From positions 55,764-119,763 of the forward strand of contig CALXOY010000012.1 of the NCBI GenBank assembly GCA_944390145.1: DNA of 64,000 nt. Reading direction: 5' to 3'. This DNA comes from an uncultured Duodenibacillus sp. GTDB lineage: Bacteria; Pseudomonadota; Gammaproteobacteria; Burkholderiales; Burkholderiaceae_F. The notes below the pieces were generated by a model that ran no database searches, had not been told where the DNA came from, and worked only from the letters and a program-made list of their open reading frames with translations. Below are positions 21,584 through 33,595 of the stretch, piece after piece; within the stretch, counting starts at the first letter, position 1; each line of letters begins with the position of its first letter. The translations under genes were made by a program, and so were the position numbers.

Positions 21584-22576
21584 CTAGACGCTTTCGACCT
21601 TCGGGTCAAAGGCCGAGAAAAACCGCATCACGCGCTCGGGCAGGTAGCCGAGGTCGCCCGGGGGATTGCCGCGGGGAAAGCCGATGTGGCCGCCCTCCTC
21701 GGGCTGCTCGAGGTAGACGAAGCTGCTCACGTCCTTTTCCGTGGGCAGCGCCCAGCGCGGCAGAAACGGATCGTTTTTGGCGTTGAGCAGCAGCAGGGGC
21801 TGCGCGACGTTTTTCAAATACCGCTTGGCCGAGCACAGCGTCCAATACTGCATGGCGCTTTCAAAATGATGAATTGGCGCCGTGTAGATCGCATCAAAGT
21901 CGTAGAGCGTGCGGCAGGCCTTCACCTTCTTGGCGTCGATGAGGTCGGGAAAGCGTTTGGCCTTGTCAAGCAGCTTTTGCTTGAGCGTGGACAAAAACAT
22001 CTCGTCGTAGAGTTTGTTCGCCCCGCGCGTCATGATTTCGCTGCCCGCCACCAGATCCACGGGCGCGCCGATCGCCACCGCCGCCGTCAGAAAGGAGGCG
22101 GCCTGCGGGCGGTCGCCCATGTACTTCGCAATGAAGTTGCCGCCGAGGCTCACCCCCACCGAGTAGATGGGAGCCGTGATGAAGCGCTCGTGCACGGTGC
22201 GCAGCATCCAGTCGCAGTCGTCGCTGTCGCCGGCGAAGTACGCGCGCGGCAGCCGGTTGGGAATGCCGCCGCAGCCGCGAAAGTGCGCCACCACTCCCCT
22301 CCAGCCGCATTTGGCGCACTCGTGCATCAGCGCTTCGGCATAGTGGCTGTGCGAGTCGCCCTCCAGACCATGAAAATGCACCAGCACCGGGGCGTTTAGC
22401 GCCGTGGGCTCGGGCTGCACCCAGTCGTAGATGATGAAGTCGCCGTCGGGCATGTCGGCGATTTCGCGCCGGTACTCGACGTGCGGACGAGGAAAAAAGC
22501 GCGCGGGCACAATGGTCTGCAGATGCGCCCCCGGCAGCCACCGGGGAGCCTTGTAGTCGGACTGAAGAAGCGGCAT
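21584..22576 (-). CDS. YheT-family alpha/beta hydrolase
   Basis: HLQTI, FHGLEG, GVSLGGN nucleophile motif, NAKNDPF and GGHIGF. Confidence 0.88.
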   Translation of the reverse strand: MPLLQSDYKAPRWLPGAHLQTIVPARFFPRPHVEYRREIADMPDGDFIIYDWVQPEPTALNAPVLVHFHGLEGDSHSHYAEALMHECAKCGWRGVVAHFRGCGGIPNRLPRAYFAGDSDDCDWMLRTVHERFITAPIYSVGVSLGGNFIAKYMGDRPQAASFLTAAVAIGAPVDLVAGSEIMTRGANKLYDEMFLSTLKQKLLDKAKRFPDLIDAKKVKACRTLYDFDAIYTAPIHHFESAMQYWTLCSAKRYLKNVAQPLLLLNAKNDPFLPRWALPTEKDVSSFVYLEQPEEGGHIGFPRGNPPGDLGYLPERVMRFFSAFDPKVESV

Positions 22577-22752
22577 GAAGAGCTTGGTAAAAAATAAGGA
22601 CTGACCGCTCGACAAATTACCACGCCAGGAGACGCTTGCGGCAACCAATACGAAGAATTAGTTCAAATTTGGATTTAGACAGGTCATTTCGGCGATCCTA
22701 AACTTCACGAAGGCAACAGAGTAGTAGACAAGGCTGCTACAAGGAGGAACTC

Positions 22753-24915
22753 ATGAAGAGTAGTCTGAAAAAAATTGTCCTGCCTTTCACAATGGCGCTG
22801 TTCGCCATGGGCGCAACTGCGGCCACTTACACACAAGTCGTTCCAGGACACAACGGTCCAATGACCGTGGAAGTAAACATTGACAACGGCAAAATCACCG
22901 CGGTGAAGGTTGTCAAACATAGCGAAACTCCGGGCGTTGGCACAAAGGCCATTGAGACGCTGCCGGCTCAAATCGTCAAAACCAATTCCACCAAGGTGGA
23001 CGCTGTCACGGGAGCCAGCGTTTCCTCAAAAGCCATCCTGATGGCTGTCAACCAAGCTCTTGATGCCTCACAAGGCAAAGTCGTCGGCAAGCCAAACTTC
23101 AAACCCGGCACTTACAAAGCCCGCGTGTACGGCAATAACGGATACCTAAACGTTGAAGTCACGGTGAGCGCAGACAGAATCACCGATATCAAGGTTCCTG
23201 GGAACCCCGAGACGGATTTGATGGGCGGAATGGCCATCCGCACCATGACCAAGGACATGATTGATTACCAAACCGTCAATGTTGATGCTGTCTCCGGCGC
23301 CACCGTAACCAGCGGTGCATTCAAGCGCGCCGTCATCGAAGCGCTGGAAAAAAGCGGCGTCAACCTTGCCGCGCTTCAAACTCCGGTTCCCGTCAAGATC
23401 AAGAAGTTCAACGGCACCAAAACGGAAAACTATGATCTTGTGATCGTTGGTTCCGGCGGCGCCGGTCTGTCCGCTGCTGTGACTGCGGCTGAAGCTGGCA
23501 ATTACAAGATCGTCGTGCTCGAAAAAATGCCCGTCATCGGCGGCAACACGCTCCGCTGCGCCAGTGCCTTCAACGCTGCCGACCCTGAACGGCAAAAACT
23601 GCTGCCGATGACCGACACGCTCAAGGATGCTGTGGTCAAAGCCCTCAGCGAAAAGCCAGTAAACGAGGATCACGCCAAACTCATCGCTGATGTCAAAGCC
23701 AAGTACGAGGCTTATCTGAAAAGCGGCAGCAAGACGCTTTTTGACTGCCCCGAATGGCATGCTCTGCAGACCTACAACGGCGGCGACAAGGTGGGGCATA
23801 TTCCTCTGATCCGTACCTATGCTGAAAACGTGCTTGATACGCTTCACTGGATGCAAAAGCACGGCACGCCTGTCATGGATCGCGTCAGTCAGGGCGCCGG
23901 AGCTTTGTGGCAGCGCACGCATCAGGTTGACGCGCCTGCCGGCACGGGTTTGATTGAGCCTCTGCTCAAAGCTGCGAACAAAGAAGGCGTCAAGATCATC
24001 ACCGGAATGCGGGCCCAGGAGCTCATCTACCGCAACGGTGAGGTTGTGGGCGTCAAAGCGAGCAACAAGGTCGGCAACTCATACGCCTTCAACAGCAAGT
24101 ACGGCGTGATCCTTGCCACGGGCGGTTACAGTCAGAACAAGGAAATGCGCCAGAAATCCTCGCCCACGCTGACGCCTGACATGGTCTCCACCAATCAGCC
24201 CGGCGCCACCGGCGACGGCATCATCATGGCCACCAAGATCGGCGCCGCGTTGACCGGAATGAACTACGTTCAGGTCTACCCGCTCGCGACACCCGGTTCC
24301 GGCGCATTGCAGGGACGCGCCCGCAAGATGTCCGGCCTTGACGACGTGATTGATGTCAACAAGAACGGCTTGCGCTTTGTGAAAGAAGACGCCCGCCGTG
24401 ACGAATTCGTCGCCGCCATCAAAAAGCAGCCGGGCGCCATGTGCTACGACATCAATGACTCGAGCATTGTGCAGAAGTTCAATTCCTTTGGAGAAAACGT
24501 CGAAACGCTGGTTCAGCTCGGCCGTATTTACAAGGACGACACGCTCGAAGGTCTGGCCAAGCAGCTTCGAATGCCACCTGAAAACTTGAAGGCGACCGTT
24601 GCTGAATTCAACAAGATGGTTGAGGCCAAGAACGATCCTAAGTTCGGCCGCAAGCTCTTTGACCGTAAAATCGAAAAGCCGCCATTTTATGCAACGCCTC
24701 GTGCTCCTTCCATCCACCATACGATGGGCGGTCTATACATCAACCCCAAGGCACAGGTTCTCGACACCAAGGGCCATGTGATCAAGGGGCTCTATGCCGC
24801 AGGTGAAGTCACCGGCGGCGTGCACGGCAGCAATCGTTTGGGCGGCAATGCAACAGCCGACGTTCTAACCTTCGGCCGCATCGCTGCCAAGACCGCACTC
24901 GGACTCAACAAGTAG
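22753..24915 (+). CDS. Secreted flavoprotein reductase with two FMN-binding (flavinylation) domains; fumarate reductase/urocanate reductase (UrdA) family
   Basis: Signal peptide; DAVTGAS and DAVSGAT flavinylation motifs; VGSGGAGLSAA FAD site; HHTMGG and NRLGGNA; QVYP (Tyr) where fumarate reductases have QxHP. Confidence 0.85.
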   Translation: MKSSLKKIVLPFTMALFAMGATAATYTQVVPGHNGPMTVEVNIDNGKITAVKVVKHSETPGVGTKAIETLPAQIVKTNSTKVDAVTGASVSSKAILMAVNQALDASQGKVVGKPNFKPGTYKARVYGNNGYLNVEVTVSADRITDIKVPGNPETDLMGGMAIRTMTKDMIDYQTVNVDAVSGATVTSGAFKRAVIEALEKSGVNLAALQTPVPVKIKKFNGTKTENYDLVIVGSGGAGLSAAVTAAEAGNYKIVVLEKMPVIGGNTLRCASAFNAADPERQKLLPMTDTLKDAVVKALSEKPVNEDHAKLIADVKAKYEAYLKSGSKTLFDCPEWHALQTYNGGDKVGHIPLIRTYAENVLDTLHWMQKHGTPVMDRVSQGAGALWQRTHQVDAPAGTGLIEPLLKAANKEGVKIITGMRAQELIYRNGEVVGVKASNKVGNSYAFNSKYGVILATGGYSQNKEMRQKSSPTLTPDMVSTNQPGATGDGIIMATKIGAALTGMNYVQVYPLATPGSGALQGRARKMSGLDDVIDVNKNGLRFVKEDARRDEFVAAIKKQPGAMCYDINDSSIVQKFNSFGENVETLVQLGRIYKDDTLEGLAKQLRMPPENLKATVAEFNKMVEAKNDPKFGRKLFDRKIEKPPFYATPRAPSIHHTMGGLYINPKAQVLDTKGHVIKGLYAAGEVTGGVHGSNRLGGNATADVLTFGRIAAKTALGLNK

Positions 24916-25085
24916 TCCTGCTGCTGCGTCATGAGCAGATGCCGAAGCGGGGCGCTCGCATGACTCCCGCTCCGGCGTTTGTGGTTTATCCGACTGACGT
25001 CAGAGGTCTGTCTGCGTGAGTCGGCGGGAGGATGTTAATTTCTCGAAACTAAGTAAAACGCCTGATTTCACGAGATTTTCTCGAT

Positions 25086-25114
25086 TTGCACTTCTTAAAA
25101 AGTTCGGGTAGAGT
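25086..25114 (+). promoter_or_regulatory. Sigma-70 promoter of leader peptide and DAHP synthase
   Basis: TTGCAC-N17-TAGAGT. Confidence 0.55.
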
Positions 25115-25169
25115 GACCGTCCGAGGCCTTCTGAAAAAAAGGCGCTCAACGAACACTGACAATCCTTTC

Positions 25170-25250
25170 ATGATGCTTTACACCGCACGATTTTATTTTT
25201 ACTCCTTTTATTTCGCCCTCCCGGCGGAAGGAGTACGTGCGCACGTGTAA
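25170..25250 (+). CDS. Phe/Tyr-rich attenuator leader peptide (MMLYTARFYFYSFYFALPAEGVRAHV)
   Basis: 26-codon uORF with 4 Phe and 4 Tyr, mostly clustered as FYFYSFYF, upstream of DAHP synthase; absent from the ORF track. Confidence 0.8.
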   Translation: MMLYTARFYFYSFYFALPAEGVRAHV

Positions 25251-25274
25251 CGCAGCAATTGAAAGGTACTGAGG

Positions 25275-25307
25275 GCCGCCGGGGAACAAAAATCCGGCGG
25301 CTTTTTT
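25275..25307 (+). terminator. Attenuator terminator
   Basis: GCCGCCGG-loop-CCGGCGGC-TTTTTT; its 5' arm is complementary to CCCGGCGG in the leader (antiterminator). Confidence 0.8.
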
Positions 25308-25401
25308 GTACCGGGTTTGACACGTTCCCCAATAAGGACTCTCTCAGAGCACGGCATAGAAACCGAAACTGCAAACCTGATACCTAGGGAGACAACACAC
25401 C

Positions 25402-26463
25402 ATGCGCTATACAACCGACGACGTCCGCATCAAAGAGATTCGCGAGCTGACGCCGCCCGCTCACTTGATCCGTGAGTTCCCCTGCGAGGAGCCGCTCGCC
25501 AAGACCGTTCATGCCGCCCGCATGGCCGCCCATGAAATCCTGCACGGCCACGACGACCGGCTGCTGGTAATCGTCGGTCCCTGCTCGATTCACGACCCGA
25601 AGGCGGCGATGGAGTACGCCCAGCGCCTAAACGAAGAACGGCGCCGCCTGGCGGGCGAACTGGAAATCATCATGCGCGTGTACTTCGAAAAGCCCCGCAC
25701 GACGGTGGGCTGGAAGGGCCTGATGAACGACCCGGATCTGGACGGCAGCTGCCGCATCAACCACGGCCTGCGCATTGCCCGCGAACTGCTCTGCGACATC
25801 GTGGGGCTGGGACTGCCGACCGGCGTTGAGTATCTCGACACCATCACGCCGCAATACATCGCCGACCTGGTGAGCTGGGGCGCCATCGGAGCCCGCACGA
25901 CCGAGTCGCAGTCGCACCGGCAGCTCGCAAGCGGCCTGTCCTGCCCCGTGGGCTTTAAAAACGGCACCGACGGCAACATCAAGATTGCGGTGGATGCGAT
26001 CGGCGCGGCCGAACACTCCCACTCCTTCCTCTCGGTCACCAAGGGCGGCATCTCGGCCATTGTCACGACGACCGGCAACGAGGACTGCCACATCATCCTG
26101 CGCGGCGGCAAGGAGCCCAACTACGACGCCGAAAGCGTCGCGAAAGCCTGCGATCTTCTCAAAGCCAACGGCCACCGCGAAATGGTGATGATCGACGCCT
26201 CGCACTCCAATTCGCGCAAGATCTGCCGCGAGCAGATTAATGTCGTCAACAACATCTGCGAGCAGGTTTCCTCCGGGAGCCAAGCCATCATCGGCGTGAT
26301 GATTGAGTCCAACCTCGTCGAAGGCAACCAGAAGATCGAGCCCGACAAGCCCCTGGTCTACGGGCAGAGCGTCACCGACGCGTGCCTGGGGTGGGAAGAC
26401 ACCGTGGTGCTCTTAAACAACCTCGCGCATGCTGTGAAGGACCGCAGAAGCCGCATGGATTGA
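25402..26463 (+). CDS. aroG: 3-deoxy-7-phosphoheptulonate (DAHP) synthase, class I-alpha
   Basis: GPCSIHD, RVYFEKPRTTVGWKG, IGARTTESQ, IDASHSNS and SVTDACLGW motifs; feedback specificity (aroG vs aroF) not determinable. Confidence 0.93.
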   Translation: MRYTTDDVRIKEIRELTPPAHLIREFPCEEPLAKTVHAARMAAHEILHGHDDRLLVIVGPCSIHDPKAAMEYAQRLNEERRRLAGELEIIMRVYFEKPRTTVGWKGLMNDPDLDGSCRINHGLRIARELLCDIVGLGLPTGVEYLDTITPQYIADLVSWGAIGARTTESQSHRQLASGLSCPVGFKNGTDGNIKIAVDAIGAAEHSHSFLSVTKGGISAIVTTTGNEDCHIILRGGKEPNYDAESVAKACDLLKANGHREMVMIDASHSNSRKICREQINVVNNICEQVSSGSQAIIGVMIESNLVEGNQKIEPDKPLVYGQSVTDACLGWEDTVVLLNNLAHAVKDRRSRMD

Positions 26464-26492
26464 CGGGATCCTGACAACGTCAAACCGCCATG

Positions 26493-26535
26493 AAAAAAGC
26501 TCCGCGAAAGGGTTTGATTCCCCGCGGAGCTTTTT
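26493..26535. terminator. Bidirectional intrinsic terminator
   Basis: AAAAAAGCTCCGCG...CGCGGAGCTTTTT between convergent aroG and tgt. Confidence 0.8.
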
Positions 26536-26558
26536 CTTTGTGGTGCCGGACGGGCCGC

Positions 26559-28783
<2,225 letters not shown>

Positions 28784-28920
28784 TTTGGCTTTACCGGCCA
28801 GAAAGTGAGAAAAAAGCGCATTCTACAGCGCAGCAAAAGGCGGCAGGAAGAATTTTTCGCCGTGAAATCAACGGTCAAGCGCGAGTTTTAACATTTTGTT
28901 GCAAATTACCCTGTGCAACC

Positions 28921-28951
28921 AATTGCGAATGATTCTCATTTAGGTTAAAGT
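28921..28951 (+). promoter_or_regulatory. Fur box overlapping a sigma-70 promoter
   Basis: TGCGAAT-G-ATTCTCA matches 11/14 of the 7-1-7 Fur consensus TGATAATnATTATCA; -35 TTGCGA (28923), 17-bp spacer, -10 TAAAGT (28946). Confidence 0.7.
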
Positions 28952-28957
28952 TCCACC

Positions 28958-29120
28958 AACTGAGAAACGCATGAGGCTTGAAGCCGAAGACAAGGGTCCG
29001 TTGGGGTCGGATCTGCTTCACAGACTCACGCAGGCGGTTTTCTCCTGTCGCTTGTGATGTTTCTTGGGGTTATCTTCCTTACGCGGCAACAGGTTTCAGG
29101 CTCCTGCTGCCGCTTTTTTT
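28958..29120 (+). ncRNA. Candidate Fur-regulated iron-sparing sRNA (functional analogue of PrrF/RyhB/NrrF)
   Basis: Fur-boxed promoter, no convincing ORF, anti-SD core CGGTTTTCTCCT, intrinsic terminator GCGGCA...TGCCGC-T7 at 29083-29120. Confidence 0.6.
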
Positions 29121-29163
29121 ATTTCGGGCGGCCTTCCTGCGAAGACCGCCCGGTTTTTGTGGA

Positions 29164-29391
29164 TCAATGCTCCTTGCGGATCACGTGCAGCGTTTTGCCG
29201 CCGGCCTGCGGCTCCTGGGAAACCATCGTGTGGCCGCCCTGCGTGCAGAAGACCTTGAGGTCCTCCAAGGCATGGGGATCGTCTGTGAGCACCTGCAGGC
29301 AGGCGCCCACCTCCACCCCCTTGAGGGCCTTTTTGGCCTTTAACACCGGCTGCGGGCACTTCAGCCCGCAGCAGTCAAGCACGCCGCTCAT
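29164..29391 (-). CDS. tusA: TusA/SirA-family sulfur carrier
   Basis: LDCCGLKCPQPVLKAKKAL (CPxP motif) and VLTDDP; start overlaps the alaS stop. Confidence 0.85.
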   Translation of the reverse strand: MSGVLDCCGLKCPQPVLKAKKALKGVEVGACLQVLTDDPHALEDLKVFCTQGGHTMVSQEPQAGGKTLHVIRKEH

Positions 29392-32033
29392 CAGGCAAGC
29401 TTTCCGGCAATCCAGCCGCGGGCGCTTTCCAGCGCCGCAGGCAGCGCCGCCAGGTCGGAGGCGCCGGCCATCGCCATATCCGGCTTGCCGCCGCCCTTGC
29501 CGCCGCATTGAGCGGCCACGAAGTTCACCAGCTCTCCGGCCTTGATCTTGCCCGTGAGGTCCTTGGTGACGCCGGCGCAAAGCTGCGCCTTGCCTTCGCC
29601 CGGAACAGCCAGAACAATCACGGCGCTGCCGAACTTGCTCTTGAACTTGTCCATCGTCTCGCGCAGGGTTTTGGCGTCGATGCCTTCGAGCGTGGCAACG
29701 AGCACCTTCACGCCGTTCACGTCCTGCGCAGCCGAAAGCGCTTCGTCGCCCTGCCTGGAGGCAAGCTTGGCCTTGGCCTCTGCCAGTTCCTTTTCCAGGC
29801 GCTTTACGGTTTCGCCCATGTGATCGATTTTTTCCGGCAGCTCCTCGGCGGGCGCCTTGAACTTCGCCGCGCTTGCCGCAAGCAGCGCCGCATTGTGCTG
29901 CATCAGGTGCAGGGCGTTGAAGCCCGTCACGGCCTCCACGCGGCGCACGCCCGCGGAGATGCCCGCTTCGCTCACGATCTTGAAGGCGCCGATGTCGCCC
30001 GTGCGGTGCACATGCGTGCCGCCGCACAGCTCCACCGAAGTGCCGATGTTGAGCACGCGCACCGTCTCGCCGTACTTCTCGCCAAAGAGCATCACCGCGC
30101 TCGTCTTGCGCGCCTCTTCAAGCGGCATCACGCGGCACTGCACCGGCGTGTTGGCAAAGATTTCGCCGTTAACGATCTCCTCGACGCGGCGGATTTCGTC
30201 GGCCGTCATCGGCTTGTCGTGCACAAAGTCAAAGCGGGTCACCTGGTCGTTTACGAGGCTTCCCTTCTGCGCCACGTGGCTGCCCAGCACTTCGCGCAGC
30301 GCCTTGTGCATGATGTGCGTGACCGAATGGTTGCGCATGATCGCTTCGCGGCGCTTGACGTCGACCATCGCCTTGAACGTGTCGCCCGTCTTCACTTCAC
30401 CTTCGCAGATGTGCGCGACGTGGCTGAAGACGCTTGCCTTGAGCTTCAAGCAGTCGCTCACCTTCAAGAGCGTCGTCGCGTTTTCCAGAATGCCCGCGTC
30501 GCCCACCTGACCACCCATCTCGGCGTAAAACGGCGTCTTGTCGAGCACGACGAGCACATCGTCGCCCGCCTGCGCCGACTCGACCTGCGTGCCGTCCTTG
30601 TAAAGGGCAAGCACCTTGGCGCCGTCGACCTCAAGCGTGTCGTAGCCCAGGAATTCGTTGTTGTCGCCGGTAAAGAGCACGTCGGCGGCGATCTTGAATT
30701 TGCCCGCGGCGCGCGCCTTGTTCTTTTGCTCGCGCATGCAGGCTTCAAAGCCCTCGGTGTCAACCGTAAGGCCCCGCTCGCGGCAGACGTCGGCCGTGAG
30801 ATCCACCGGGAAGCCGTAGGTGTCGTGCAGCTTGAAGGCGATGTCGCCTGCGAGCACGCCGTCGGTGCACTTGGCCATGGCATCCTCAAGGATCTGCATG
30901 CCGTTGGAAAGCGTCTGCAGGAAGCGCTCCTCTTCGGCGCGGATCACTTCGGCGATCTTCGGATTCTTGATTTCCGGATAGATGTCGCCCATTTCACGCG
31001 CAAGGGGCTCGACGAGCTTGTAGAAGAAGGGGCCGCGCGCGCCGAGCTTGTAGCCGTGGCGGATGGCGCGGCGGCAGATGCGGCGGATCACGTAGGCGCG
31101 GCCCTCGTTGCCGGGCTTGACGCCGTCGGCCACTGCAAAGCCGCAGGAGCGGATGTGGTCGGCGATCACCTTGAGCGACGGGCTCTGCGGATCGACGTTT
31201 TCGGCGCCCGCCGCCTCCACCGCTTCTTTTGCAGCGCGCATCAGGTTCTGGAAGAGGTCGATGTCGTAGTTGGTGTCAACGTCCTGCAGCACGGAGGCGA
31301 GGCGCTCCAGGCCCATGCCGGTGTCGATGTTCGGACGCGGCAGGCGGTTCATGTTGCCAGCGGTGTCGCGGTTGAACTGCGTGAACACCAGGTTCCAGAT
31401 TTCCATGTAGCGGTCGCCGTCCTCGTCGGGGCTCCCCGGAGGGCCGCCCTGAATGCGCGGGCCGCGGTCGTAGAAGATTTCCGAGCAGGGACCGCACGGG
31501 CCCGTGTCGCCCATCATCCAGAAGTTGTCGGACATGTAGCGCGCGCCCTTGTTGTCGCCGATGCGCACGATGCGGTTGGCGGGCACGCCGATTTCCTTGT
31601 TCCAGATGTCGTAGGCTTCATCGTCTTCGACGTAAACCGTCACCCAGAGGCGGTCGGCGGGCAGCTTGTAGACCGTGGTGAGAAGCTCCCAGGCCCAGGT
31701 GATCGCTTCGCGCTTGAAGTAGTCGCCGAAGCTGAAGTTGCCGAGCATCTCAAAGAAGGTGTGATGACGGGCCGTGTAGCCGACGTTGTCAAGATCGTTG
31801 TGCTTGCCGCCCGCGCGGATGCACTTCTGCGCCGTGGTGGCGCGCTTCAAGCGCTTGTCAAGGCCGAGAAAGTTGTCCTTGAACTGGTTCATGCCCGCGT
31901 TGGTGAAAAGCAGCGTCGGGTCGTCCTGCGGAACCACGGGGCTCGACGCAATGATCGGGTGTCCCTTGCTTTCGAAGAACTTCAAAAAAGCCGAGCGGAT
32001 CTCGGCTGCCGTCATATAGGTGTCGGGTTTCAT
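29391..32033 (-). CDS. alaS: Alanine-tRNA ligase
   Basis: [33 protein letters not shown], editing HSVTH and ELCGGTH, GGKGGG tail. Confidence 0.99.
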   Translation of the reverse strand: MKPDTYMTAAEIRSAFLKFFESKGHPIIASSPVVPQDDPTLLFTNAGMNQFKDNFLGLDKRLKRATTAQKCIRAGGKHNDLDNVGYTARHHTFFEMLGNFSFGDYFKREAITWAWELLTTVYKLPADRLWVTVYVEDDEAYDIWNKEIGVPANRIVRIGDNKGARYMSDNFWMMGDTGPCGPCSEIFYDRGPRIQGGPPGSPDEDGDRYMEIWNLVFTQFNRDTAGNMNRLPRPNIDTGMGLERLASVLQDVDTNYDIDLFQNLMRAAKEAVEAAGAENVDPQSPSLKVIADHIRSCGFAVADGVKPGNEGRAYVIRRICRRAIRHGYKLGARGPFFYKLVEPLAREMGDIYPEIKNPKIAEVIRAEEERFLQTLSNGMQILEDAMAKCTDGVLAGDIAFKLHDTYGFPVDLTADVCRERGLTVDTEGFEACMREQKNKARAAGKFKIAADVLFTGDNNEFLGYDTLEVDGAKVLALYKDGTQVESAQAGDDVLVVLDKTPFYAEMGGQVGDAGILENATTLLKVSDCLKLKASVFSHVAHICEGEVKTGDTFKAMVDVKRREAIMRNHSVTHIMHKALREVLGSHVAQKGSLVNDQVTRFDFVHDKPMTADEIRRVEEIVNGEIFANTPVQCRVMPLEEARKTSAVMLFGEKYGETVRVLNIGTSVELCGGTHVHRTGDIGAFKIVSEAGISAGVRRVEAVTGFNALHLMQHNAALLAASAAKFKAPAEELPEKIDHMGETVKRLEKELAEAKAKLASRQGDEALSAAQDVNGVKVLVATLEGIDAKTLRETMDKFKSKFGSAVIVLAVPGEGKAQLCAGVTKDLTGKIKAGELVNFVAAQCGGKGGGKPDMAMAGASDLAALPAALESARGWIAGKLA

Positions 32034-32131
32034 AGACGTTGAGAGTTTCAATGGAACGCGCGCCCCGGCCTTTTTCCGGAGCGCGGCAAAACGGCGGGCG
32101 ACCGCCCGCGTCAATTCGGGCAATTTTACAG

Positions 32132-33466
32132 TTAATCCAGAGCCTGAGCCATGGCTTGGGCAAGCTCCCGGGCAAGCGCCTCGTCTGCGGCCTCCACCAT
32201 GATGCGCAGCAGCGGCTCGGTACCCGAAGGCCGGATCAGCACGCGGCCGGCTTCGCCCAATCGAGCCTGCGCCTTTTCGACCGCTGCCATGAACTTCGCG
32301 TTGTCCTGCCAGTCGTAGCCCTTCACAATGCGCCGGTTGATCATCACCTGCGGCATGAGCTGCAGGCCGGCTGTGAGTTCTTCGAGCGTCTTGCCGGACT
32401 TCACCACTGCGGCAAGCACCTGCAGCGCGCTCACGATGCCGTCGCCCGTGGTCTGGCAGTCAAGCGCAATCAGGTGCCCGGAGCTTTCGCCGCCGTAAAG
32501 CCACCCCTTTTGCAGCAGCCGCTCCATCACGTAGCGGTCGCCCACCTTGGCGCGCTCAAAGGCGATGTTCATTTCGGCAAAGCGCTTTTCGAGCGCAAAG
32601 TTCGTCATCAGCGTTCCCACCACGCCCGAGGCCTTGCCAAGCCCCTTGATGCGCTCGCAGGCCATCACATAGAGAAGCGCATCGCCGTTATAGACGTGTC
32701 CCTTGTTGTCGGCCATGATGAGGCGGTCGGCGTCGCCGTCAAAGGCTAGCCCCAAGTCGGCTCCGGCCCGCGCCGTGCGCTCGGCAAGATCGTCGGTGTG
32801 CGTGGCGCCCACGCCGCGGTTGATGTTAAAGCCGTCGGGCTCCACGCCCTCGCACACCACATCGGCCCCGAGTTCATGAAAGACCGCGGGGGCGGCGTGA
32901 TAGGCCGCGCCATGCGCACAGTCAAGGTAAAGCTTCATGCCCTTGAGATCCAGCCCCGTGGGAAAGGTGCTCTTGCAAAATTCGACGTAGCGCCCGCAGG
33001 CGTCGTCGAGCCGATGGGCTTTCCCGAGCGCGTCGCTTGAGCCGCACTGATAGCCCTTCAAAATCTCGGCTTCGATTTCCTCCTCCACCGCGTCGGGCAG
33101 CTTGGTGCCAGAGGCCGAAAAGAACTTGATGCCGTTGTCCTGATAGGGGTTGTGGCTTGCGCTGATCACCACGCCCGCGTCCAGGCGAAGCGCCCGCGTG
33201 AGATAGGCAACGGCAGGAGTCGGAACCGGGCCGCAGAGCACGATGTCGACGCCGGCCGCGGAAAACCCCGCCTGCAGGGCGGCTTCGAGCATGTAGCCCG
33301 AAACGCGCGTGTCCTTGCCGATCAAAACCGTCGCGCGGGCCGTCTTGCTGTGCCGCGCAAACACGCGTCCGGCAGCCTGCCCCAGCAAAAGAACGAAGTC
33401 CGGCGTGATAGGATATTCGCCAACGGTGCCGCGAACGCCGTCCGTGCCAAAGAATTGTCTTGTCAT
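32132..33466 (-). CDS. glmM: Phosphoglucosamine mutase
   Basis: [24 protein letters not shown] and RPSGTEP motifs. Confidence 0.97.
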   Translation of the reverse strand: MTRQFFGTDGVRGTVGEYPITPDFVLLLGQAAGRVFARHSKTARATVLIGKDTRVSGYMLEAALQAGFSAAGVDIVLCGPVPTPAVAYLTRALRLDAGVVISASHNPYQDNGIKFFSASGTKLPDAVEEEIEAEILKGYQCGSSDALGKAHRLDDACGRYVEFCKSTFPTGLDLKGMKLYLDCAHGAAYHAAPAVFHELGADVVCEGVEPDGFNINRGVGATHTDDLAERTARAGADLGLAFDGDADRLIMADNKGHVYNGDALLYVMACERIKGLGKASGVVGTLMTNFALEKRFAEMNIAFERAKVGDRYVMERLLQKGWLYGGESSGHLIALDCQTTGDGIVSALQVLAAVVKSGKTLEELTAGLQLMPQVMINRRIVKGYDWQDNAKFMAAVEKAQARLGEAGRVLIRPSGTEPLLRIMVEAADEALARELAQAMAQALD

Positions 33467-33595
33467 TCTTTTTTTCCCTTCTTGTTTTGCTGCAAACCGC
33501 CGCCGCACTTCGCGCCCGCGCCTGCGGCTTGTTTTTTTCGAAATTCTAACTGCCCGCGTTTTTTCGTGATTTCAGGCCGCAAAAGGGCGGCCAGC

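Noticed and set aside
28971-29057. 28-codon ORF inside the Fur-boxed transcript (HemP-like peptide?)
   Set aside because: Weak SD and no HemP KLILTK motif; an sRNA explains the anti-SD seed better
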